DNA from: Planctopirus limnophila DSM 3776
GTDB lineage: Bacteria; Planctomycetota; Planctomycetia; Planctomycetales; Planctomycetaceae
Direction of reading: 5' to 3'
Length of the DNA: 32,000 bases
Assembly (NCBI RefSeq): GCF_000092105.1
Contig: NC_014148.1
Coordinates: 4,830,001-4,862,000 of the forward strand
The notes under the pieces are model-generated. The model was not told the origin of the DNA. It ran no database searches and saw only the letters and a list, made by a program, of their open reading frames with translations. The first letter of the stretch is position 1; every line of letters begins with the position of its first letter. Below are positions 8,681-17,186 of the stretch, piece after piece. The position numbers were made by a program, and so were the translations under genes.

Positions 8681-9865
8681 ATGAATCCTTCTGATACCAA
8701 CATCTCCGCCCATTCGAGCTCCATGTCCGAACGGGAGACTACTGAGAAATCACATGCGAGTTTTCAGTGGCCGCAGTACCTGCTGGCGATTGTGCTCGTG
8801 GTTCTCGCAACATTTCTCCGGGCAATTGTCGATCCACTCTTTGGCGAAAAATTTCCTTACATCACTTATCTGGCTGCCACCTCGACCATCGCCTGGTACT
8901 GCGGTCCTCGTCCTGCGACCTTCGCGCTCACTCTGGGTTTTCTTTCGGCTTTTTACTTCTTTGCCAGCCCGAGAGGTTCTTTCTATGTCAGCGGGATCGA
9001 TGCACAGGTTGGTGCTGTCTCATATATCGCCACAGGTGCAGGGATTATCTATTTGTTCTTTCTTGTCCAGCGAGCCGAATGGGAAGCCCGAGAGAACGCA
9101 GATCGACTGTGGAGAAAGCAATCGCTGCTGCAGAACGAAATGCGCGAAAAAGAATCGGCCCAGCAAGCTGTGGTGGGACTCCTGAGAAAGCTCGTTCAGG
9201 CTCAAGAGGAGGAACGACGGAGAATTTCCCGGGAACTGCACGATCAATGTGGACAGGATCTGACGGCTTTAAGACTGGCACTTAAACTGATCGAGGATTC
9301 GCTCCCGAACGAACCAGGCCAGACGGCATACTTTCGCACAGCCTCCGAATTGATTGATCGCATCTCCAGCGAGATTCATACGCTGGCCCTCAATCTCAGG
9401 CCTCCCGAACTTGATGATCACGGACTCGTTTCCGCGATTCGCAGTCACCTGTTGACATGGTGCGAAATCTCGGGTCTGCGGGCTGACTTTGAATCTCGAA
9501 TCAGTCCTGAAGTGGTCATTCCTGAAGAGGTCGAAATTGCCCTCTACCGCACATTTCAGGAATCACTCACCAATGTGGCCCGGCATGCCCAGGCCAGTCA
9601 CGTCAGTGTTCTGCTGATGGCCCACGATCAACGCCTGGATCTGATCATTGAGGATGATGGCGTGGGTTTCGAGGTTCATCGGCAGCAGATTGTCGAGGTG
9701 CGTCCCTCACGCCTGGGTTTACTGGGAATGCAGGAGCGACTTCTAGCAGTGGGTGGATCGCTCGAAATTGAATCATCCCCCGGCAACGGTACAACTGTGT
9801 TCGCGAAAGTCCGGTTGGATCACTTCGGAAAGCTATCGCATGACGATTCAAGTCGCGCTCATTGA
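8681..9865 (+). CDS. Sensor histidine kinase, NarL/DegS type (DUF4118-like membrane domain + HisKA_3 + HATPase_c)
   Basis: N-terminal 4-TM region resembling the KdpD/DUF4118 module, then a coiled-coil linker. H-box is ERRRISRELHDQCGQDLTAL (HisKA_3). ATPase motifs are ESLTNVARHA, EDDGVGF and GLLGMQERL..GG. Confidence 0.85.
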   Translation: MNPSDTNISAHSSSMSERETTEKSHASFQWPQYLLAIVLVVLATFLRAIVDPLFGEKFPYITYLAATSTIAWYCGPRPATFALTLGFLSAFYFFASPRGSFYVSGIDAQVGAVSYIATGAGIIYLFFLVQRAEWEARENADRLWRKQSLLQNEMREKESAQQAVVGLLRKLVQAQEEERRRISRELHDQCGQDLTALRLALKLIEDSLPNEPGQTAYFRTASELIDRISSEIHTLALNLRPPELDDHGLVSAIRSHLLTWCEISGLRADFESRISPEVVIPEEVEIALYRTFQESLTNVARHAQASHVSVLLMAHDQRLDLIIEDDGVGFEVHRQQIVEVRPSRLGLLGMQERLLAVGGSLEIESSPGNGTTVFAKVRLDHFGKLSHDDSSRAH

Positions 9866-10493
9866 AGATCACGAACTCGTGCGTACGGGCTTAAAACTGC
9901 TCATTGAACGCCAGAAGGATCTTCAAGTCGTTGGAGAAGCCGCTGATGGAGCCGAAGGGCTCAAGATTATTGCGCGCACATTGCCTGATGTCGTCGTTCT
10001 CGATTTGAGTATCCCGCATCTCAATGGGTTTGAACTACTTGAACAGCTTCAACATCAGAAGCGTCCCCCTAAGGTTCTTGTGGTCACTGCCAATGAAGAC
10101 CTCGACTCTCTGCAAAGATCATGGAACCTGGGTGCTGCAGGACATCTGGCCAAAAGATCTGCAGCCGATGAACTCATCGTGGCCATTCGCAAAATTGCAG
10201 CTGGCGAGAAAGTTTTCCCTTCGAAGGAAGAATCGAAAGCGGTGAAAACTCTCGGTTTCAACGAAACTTCAGGTCGTCTGACCGGCGCGGAAAGTCTGAG
10301 CGAGCGAGAAACGGAAGTCCTGAAGCTGATTGCTGCCGGACACATGGCCAAGGAAATCGCTGCCAAACTCGATATCAGCCTGAAAACTGTCGAGACGTAC
10401 AAATCCCGCGGTATGCAGAAACTCTCTCTGAGAGGTCGCACGGAGCTGGTGCGTTTCGCCATGAAGATGGGCTGGTTGAACGATACCCCTTGA
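9840..10493 (+). CDS. Response regulator, NarL/LuxR family (REC + LuxR-type HTH)
   Basis: ATG at 9840 gives MTIQVALIEDHELVR... The REC domain has the acceptor context VVVLDLSIPHLNG. The C-terminal LuxR HTH is LSERETEVLKLIAAGHMAKEIAAKLDISLKTVETYKSRGMQKL. It overlaps the kinase stop by 26 nt. The longer 9753 start would sit deep inside the kinase gene. Confidence 0.85.
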   Translation: MTIQVALIEDHELVRTGLKLLIERQKDLQVVGEAADGAEGLKIIARTLPDVVVLDLSIPHLNGFELLEQLQHQKRPPKVLVVTANEDLDSLQRSWNLGAAGHLAKRSAADELIVAIRKIAAGEKVFPSKEESKAVKTLGFNETSGRLTGAESLSERETEVLKLIAAGHMAKEIAAKLDISLKTVETYKSRGMQKLSLRGRTELVRFAMKMGWLNDTP

Positions 10494-10613
10494 TTGGCAC
10501 ATCTCCCTCAAAAGCCTTCTACGCAGCACATCAAGCTCACTCAACAGAAAAGGCAGCTCAATGTCATAAAACGACACTGAACTGCCTGAGTGCTTAACTG
10601 ATCGAGCGACGGA

Positions 10614-12170
<1,557 letters not shown>

Positions 12171-12335
12171 GATTCAGTCCTCGGAGGATTGAAGGAGACA
12201 AAATGCAAAAAACAAATACTGGGAAAACTTGCTGGCAATATTTCGATAGCCCGAGATCAACCCGTCAGGTAACTCGCAGTGAGGGATACGAACATCACCA
12301 CAAGGATGCCTGAAGAACTTGAACCTCAGGGAAAT

Positions 12336-13550
12336 TTAGTCTCTGGATTTTTGACGGCTTTTCCAAAAGCTGTAAATCAGCCCATCCAGTCCAAACCAGC
12401 GACCGGTGGGCATGGCAGCAATCGCCAGAAGCGTTAAAGCTTCCATATTGACTTTGTTGACAATGTAATTGTGCTCGATCCCCGGAGCTTCGGGAGTTCC
12501 CGGCCAGGGTGGTGCTGCCAGATAAAACAGCATCAACAGACCGGCACCCCCCACAGCAGCAAACCGGGTTCCCAGACCGATAATCAGCAGGAAACCAAAA
12601 ATCGTCAGGCTCCACATGGTTCGCCAACTGAGAACTCGACCTTCGGTCCAAGGTTGAGGAACAGGCCCCATGGCCAGTTGATCTGAGGAAAGCAGCTTCT
12701 CGGCAGAATCACGCAGTTCCTGTTCAAGAGCCTGAACCGGCCCCACAACACGCCGGCGAAGATCCTGCAATTCACGCCACTGAGTTTCGAGATGATCCCA
12801 TTGGTACTTCGTTTTCGCCTGAGCATGATTGGCTTCGTAGCGTTCAATCTGTGCCTGATAAAGCTCAATGTCGCCAATCCGCTTCTCGATTTCTTTGCCG
12901 TCTTTCTCACGTTGAATGACGCCGACTCGCTCCGGATCGCCCTTCAACAGCACTGCCAGGCGCTCTTTGTAACTTAGCCTCGTTCCCTGATTGTAAAGCG
13001 AATTCACCGCATTCTTGTAAGCCACGGCAGGTGGTGTATCAGCCGCAGAAGCATCCACCAGACTCAAAAGTCGATCACGTTCGGCGGCCAGCAGATGCTG
13101 CTTCCCATCGACAGACAGGATCTTCTTCGCAGGATCGAACTGCGCCAGCCGACCCATTTTCTCCTGCGTAACTCCCGGAGGAAGTGCCTCGAGTTTCGCG
13201 CTGAACTGAGCAGGCCCATTGAGCAGATACATCAGGCGACCGGCTTCAGGAGCATCGTCAGCGATGTTGTAATGTGCCAGAAACCGATTGGCATAGTCGT
13301 CCCACTTGTTCGACATGTAATCGTAGTTGACCCAACGCAAGTCGTTGGGGTCGCCCAGCAGACTCCGGAAGAACCCACGCAAGGGCCCGGTTGCATTCTT
13401 CAGGTAGCCTTCGGCAGACCATGGTTGAGGCGACTTTTGCGTATCAATCTTCCACCAGCCTTCGTAAAGCAGGTGCCAACCGATAAACAATCGCAAAGTG
13501 ACCAGTAGCACACAGGCCAGTTGGGAGATCTTGCGGTCTTCGCCGTTCAC
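12336..13550 (-). CDS. DoxX/DoxD-like membrane protein interrupted by a soluble coiled-coil insert of about 270 aa
   Basis: GTG start with GAGG 7 nt upstream. The N-terminus LRLFIGWHLLYEGWWKI ... AEGYLKNATGPL resembles the first DoxX/DoxD helix and loop. Three further TM helices occur only after about residue 305 (WSLTIFGFLLIIGLGTRFAAVGGAGLLMLFYL ... ALTLLAIAAM). The segment between them is hydrophilic and heptad-rich. Confidence 0.6.
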   Translation of the reverse strand: MNGEDRKISQLACVLLVTLRLFIGWHLLYEGWWKIDTQKSPQPWSAEGYLKNATGPLRGFFRSLLGDPNDLRWVNYDYMSNKWDDYANRFLAHYNIADDAPEAGRLMYLLNGPAQFSAKLEALPPGVTQEKMGRLAQFDPAKKILSVDGKQHLLAAERDRLLSLVDASAADTPPAVAYKNAVNSLYNQGTRLSYKERLAVLLKGDPERVGVIQREKDGKEIEKRIGDIELYQAQIERYEANHAQAKTKYQWDHLETQWRELQDLRRRVVGPVQALEQELRDSAEKLLSSDQLAMGPVPQPWTEGRVLSWRTMWSLTIFGFLLIIGLGTRFAAVGGAGLLMLFYLAAPPWPGTPEAPGIEHNYIVNKVNMEALTLLAIAAMPTGRWFGLDGLIYSFWKSRQKSRD

Positions 13551-13591
13551 TCTCGAACCTCATGACTTCGACTCACTGGAACTGGATCTGC

Positions 13592-13621
13592 CACTGATCA
13601 ATCTCACACTGATCAATCTCA
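13592..13621. repeat. Perfect 15-bp tandem duplication (CACTGATCAATCTCA x2) 42-71 nt upstream of the DoxX-like gene start
   Basis: Read directly: 13592-13606 and 13607-13621 are identical. Each unit contains the palindrome TGATCA. Confidence 0.85.
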
Positions 13622-13795
13622 ATTGAAGCAGAATCACAGCCTGGGCAATCAAAGCCTTTCTCTCGGATGAAAATCTTAGGGTTGCAACAGAATCAGACCG
13701 AACCCACGGCCTGCTCGATTACTCTGACCACTGCGAATCAGTGATCATCATCATCAAACCAGCTTGGGAGCATCCAGAGAACTCAATCCATCAGC

Positions 13796-14884
13796 TCAGA
13801 ATGAGGCGGCAGGTGAGCGGGCAGGGTAAAGAATCTCTGGAGGGACGTTGATGATTGTGGCTTCCGCAGCCGTCTGACGACTGGACTGGGTAAACAACAA
13901 CACACCGACATCTGTTGAATTATCACAGAGAAGTCGAGTCTTTTCGACCCCCAGCACGAAAAAAGCCGTGGAAAGTGCGTCTGCCAGGGCCGCTCGTGCC
14001 GTTAATACGCTGACAGAAAGGACGTTTTCGACAGGCCAGCCCGTGCGAGGGTCCAGAATATGACCATACCGCCGTCCACCGACTCGAAACCCCTGTGCGG
14101 CTGTTCCGCTGGTTCCCAGGGCCTGATTCTTCAATAAAATCGTGCCCCACGAATGCTGCGGCAACAGAGGATCGCGTAATCCGACAGGCCAGCCGCCATG
14201 CCCCGCATGGTCTCCCAGAGCCAGGACACTGCTCTTTCCACCATGCACCAGCCAATGGTCGATCCCACGCGAACTCAAATGCCTCCCGGCACAATCGACC
14301 GCATATCCTTTACCAATCGCACCCAGATTGAGCTCCACACCGGGCTGGCGATATCGGACCGTTTTTGACGCCACATCCAACTGAATCTGGTCCATGCCCG
14401 TCAGTTGCCGTGCAGCTTCAAGTTCGGCTGTACTTGGCAGGCGACCTTCCTTCCGAGCTGTTCTCCAGACGGCAATCAGTGGCCCAGTGGTGGGATCAAA
14501 CGCCCCTTCCGTTTTCGCGACCAGATCCCGGGCTTCGATCAATAAGTCGAACAGTTCACCGCTGACTTCGACAGGCTCAAGCGCTGCCGTTTGATTAATG
14601 ATCGCCAGCTCGGCTTCGGGACGATAGATCGTCATCATCGCTTCGAGCTGATGCACCAGATCCAGTGCTTCGGAAGCGGCCTCCACCTGCAGAGCCGGGC
14701 CATCAGGATTCAGGATCACGTCGAAATGGCAGGCCATGGCTGTGGTTTGCAGCAGCAGGACTGGCCCACGAGTTGGTACCTCTGTAGTTGGCAAGTCGGC
14801 AGATCGAAGTGCCGCTTCAGCAGCAATCTGTTGTGCCAGCCGACCCGTCAGAAAATCACGTCGATCAGCCGAAGGATTCGTCAC
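13796..14884 (-). CDS. apbE: FAD:protein FMN transferase (ApbE family), Tat-type signal
   Basis: ApbE motifs are NLGAIGKGYAVD, ALGTSGTAAQGF and HILDPRTGWP. The longest ORF starts at a TTG at 15049. I prefer the GTG at 14884, which gives MTNPSADRRDFLTGRL (Tat motif near the N-terminus) and 362 aa, a typical ApbE length. The start remains uncertain. Confidence 0.8.
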   Translation of the reverse strand: MTNPSADRRDFLTGRLAQQIAAEAALRSADLPTTEVPTRGPVLLLQTTAMACHFDVILNPDGPALQVEAASEALDLVHQLEAMMTIYRPEAELAIINQTAALEPVEVSGELFDLLIEARDLVAKTEGAFDPTTGPLIAVWRTARKEGRLPSTAELEAARQLTGMDQIQLDVASKTVRYRQPGVELNLGAIGKGYAVDCAGRHLSSRGIDHWLVHGGKSSVLALGDHAGHGGWPVGLRDPLLPQHSWGTILLKNQALGTSGTAAQGFRVGGRRYGHILDPRTGWPVENVLSVSVLTARAALADALSTAFFVLGVEKTRLLCDNSTDVGVLLFTQSSRQTAAEATIINVPPEILYPARSPAASF

Positions 14885-15352
14885 TTCTGTTACCTGCCAA
14901 ACCTTTAATTGTTTTTGAATTATCTTCGGTGAACAGAGCCCAAAGCAACTGAGTCTCTCGGGATTGTCACTGAGAAAAGTGCGGCCAGAGAGGCGATCAA
15001 AATCAAAAATTCGCGATTCCTTCGCTAAAACGGTCTTGCCGTTGTTCAAAACTCAGTAAATAATCCCGACAGTTCGCACAAACGTAGTGCGACGGTAGAC
15101 CGGCTGGAGATGTGATCGGAGGTGACCCCGATCGAATCCGGCGGACGATCTATAAACTGTAGAAAGGAGGTGGTCGTTTGAATTGTCTTAGTTCTAGTCG
15201 CCAGCGAGGTGGCAAATCCTAGTGACAGTCGACGGACTGGCTTAGAGCCACCGTCTCGTAGCGGCCATGTCCTTAGAGAACGTTCTGCGAATTCGATTCT
15301 TCGTGATCCCGAATTCCACTAAGAACACTCGATAGGGTATCGCACGAGCCTC

Positions 15353-15390
15353 GGGGTTGGAAATCGCAAGGTTTCCAACCCCTCGCTCTT
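15353..15390 (+). terminator. Orphan intrinsic-terminator-like hairpin inside a 650-bp ORF-free region
   Basis: Perfect 11-bp stem GGGGTTGGAAA (15353-15363) / TTTCCAACCCC (15372-15382) with an 8-nt loop. On the + strand it is followed by TCGCTCTTT. No protein gene on either strand ends next to it. Confidence 0.45.
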
Positions 15391-15702
15391 TGATAGCCCC
15401 GCAATTTTACAGTCCCGCAAATTGAACCTCGCGCATCATCGGGCGACTTCCCCGAAGCACATCAGTTTGCATGAGACACTTAGACATCACAGATCGACGT
15501 CTGCAGTTTTCACAAGCCCTTAGCCTGGCTTCCCATCTTCAGCCTGCATTTCCGAAGAATTTTGCACGGCGTGTCACCTTTCTCACATCTTCCTGATCTC
15601 AATGGTCATGTGGCCTGACTGGCCAATCGAATTCGTGGCAAAGGGTATGAGCTTGCGAGAACTTTCTCTACGTTAAGCTCACCCGGTATTGAGGAAAATC
15701 AC

Positions 15703-16020
15703 ATGCATCGTCGTACCGTCTGGATGTGGGCTGGCGCAGGTTTGATGGGTCTGGTGGTTGGTTGTGGTCAAGCAGCCTCAACCACAAGTTCAGCCCCCGC
15801 AGGAGGAAGTGGTGCTGCCATGGCTCCCATGATGGGAGAGCCGAAGATGAGTGAACCGAAGATGAATGATGGCATGATGGCCGGCGAAAAAATGGCTGGC
15901 GAAAAGATGATGGCAGATCCCAAAATGTCAGATGGTATGATGGCACCAGCCATGAAAAGTGACGATAAGATGAAACCTCCCGCGATGATGGCACCAGATA
16001 TGGCCGGCGAGAAGAAGTAA
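15703..16020 (+). CDS. Methionine-rich lipoprotein (MrpX-like candidate periplasmic oxidant sink)
   Basis: GAGGAAA lies 6 nt upstream of the ATG. It has a signal peptide with a lipobox (LMGLVVGC). There are 18 Met in the last 68 residues, in short repeats (EPKMS/EPKMN, DGMMA x2, AGEKM x2). It sits directly upstream of msrP on the same strand. Confidence 0.75.
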   Translation: MHRRTVWMWAGAGLMGLVVGCGQAASTTSSAPAGGSGAAMAPMMGEPKMSEPKMNDGMMAGEKMAGEKMMADPKMSDGMMAPAMKSDDKMKPPAMMAPDMAGEKK

Positions 16021-16080
16021 GCTTCCGGCTGTCAGCACTGGCCCACATTCGTCTTTTGAAACGTCGAGAGTGAGGTGGGA

Positions 16081-17067
16081 ATGTCCACAGATCCAAAGAT
16101 TTCTGATGCGGAAGTAACACCGCCTGAACTCTATTTCAATCGCCGGCAGATCATGCGGGCAGCCATTGCATTGGGCACTGTCGGTGCCACAGTTGGCATC
16201 TATCGTGCATTCAAACAACCTGCCCAGAAAGAGGCCAACACCGCCGCGATCGAGGGTCTGGTACGTCCTGCTGATACGGATGCCAATCTGGCCAGCCAGG
16301 GGTTCAAAGTGGATGAACCTTTGACCCCCGAGATTGACATTATCAATTACAACAACTTCTACGAGTTCACCACTTCGAAAGAAGGGGTGGCCAGAGCCGC
16401 TGCAAATTTCAAGACTGAGGGCTGGAAAATCGACGTCGGTGGGTTGGTCGATAAGCCCACCACTTTCACCATGGATTCGCTGAAAGCACTCAGCCCACCC
16501 GAAGAACGCATCTATCGCATGCGCTGCGTCGAAGCCTGGTCGATGGTCATTCCCTGGGCCGGCATTCCCTTAGCCCGAATTCTTGAAGCCGTTCAGCCCC
16601 AATCTGCAGCCAAGTATGTGGCGTTCGAAACATTGTTCGATCCTGTCCGCATGCCCGGGCAGGCCTCGCCTGTTCTCGACTGGCCCTATGTCGAAGGTTT
16701 GCGGCTCGACGAAGCCATGCATCCTTTGACTCTGCTCGCAACAGGACTGTATGGCAAAGAATTACCACCCCAGGATGGTGCTCCCGTGCGGCTGGTCGTT
16801 CCCTGGAAGTACGGCTTCAAAGGCATCAAATCGATTGTCAAAATTTCGCTGTTGGCCGACGAACCCCCCACCAGTTGGAATCGGTTCGCACCTCACGAGT
16901 ACGGTTTCTTTGCGAATGTGAATCCGGAAGTCGATCATCCCCGCTGGAGCCAGGCGACTGAACAGCGTATTGGCGAACTGGGGCGTCGCAAAACCCTCAT
17001 GTTCAACGGTTACGAAGAGCAGGTCGCTTCTCTCTATACAGGAATGAATCTGCGAAAATTCTACTGA
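16081..17067 (+). CDS. msrP: Protein-methionine-sulfoxide reductase catalytic subunit MsrP (YedY; molybdopterin enzyme)
   Basis: Near-collinear by eye with E. coli MsrP: Tat motif FNRRQIM, then NNFYEF, ERIYRMRCVEAWSMVIPWAG, KYVAFETL, YVEGLRLDEAMHPLTLL, GAPVRLVVPWKYGFKGIKSIV, VDHPRWSQATE, NGYEEQVASLY. The start is ATG 16081 or GTG 16075. Confidence 0.9.
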   Translation: MSTDPKISDAEVTPPELYFNRRQIMRAAIALGTVGATVGIYRAFKQPAQKEANTAAIEGLVRPADTDANLASQGFKVDEPLTPEIDIINYNNFYEFTTSKEGVARAAANFKTEGWKIDVGGLVDKPTTFTMDSLKALSPPEERIYRMRCVEAWSMVIPWAGIPLARILEAVQPQSAAKYVAFETLFDPVRMPGQASPVLDWPYVEGLRLDEAMHPLTLLATGLYGKELPPQDGAPVRLVVPWKYGFKGIKSIVKISLLADEPPTSWNRFAPHEYGFFANVNPEVDHPRWSQATEQRIGELGRRKTLMFNGYEEQVASLYTGMNLRKFY

Positions 17068-17186
17068 TCCCTGTCCGCCGATAGGGGGCCGCCGCTCAGG
17101 AGCAGCCATCAGGGCAACTTTCCGTTGGCTTCGAAGATGGAATTGAATTGTCCGCGTTAATCCATGCATCTCGGGAAGGCCGCCGC

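Noticed and set aside
10552-10586. Imperfect hairpin GGCAGCTCA ... TGAACTGCC between the convergent response-regulator and oxidoreductase genes, as a possible terminator.
   Set aside because: The stem contains a mismatch, the loop is 17 nt and there is no T-tract on either strand. That is too weak to call.
15100-15400. Possible tmRNA or tRNA-like gene. The minus strand reads GGGGCTATCAAAG... at 15400-15388, and GATCGAATCC at 15130-15139 resembles a T-loop.
   Set aside because: No complementary acceptor 3' end (..CCACCA context) is present. The flanks of the T-loop-like segment do not form a 5-bp T-stem. No GGNTTCGAC 5' motif or tag-reading-frame context was seen. I also saw no RNase P (GAGGAAAGTCC) or SRP (GGAAGCAGC) core motifs.
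15668-16120. 150-aa minus-strand ORF antisense to the Met-rich gene.
   Set aside because: It is a mirror ORF of a biased-composition gene. It has no SD, no recognisable domain and a Ser/Pro/Arg-rich product, whereas the plus-strand gene has an SD, a signal peptide and a lipobox.
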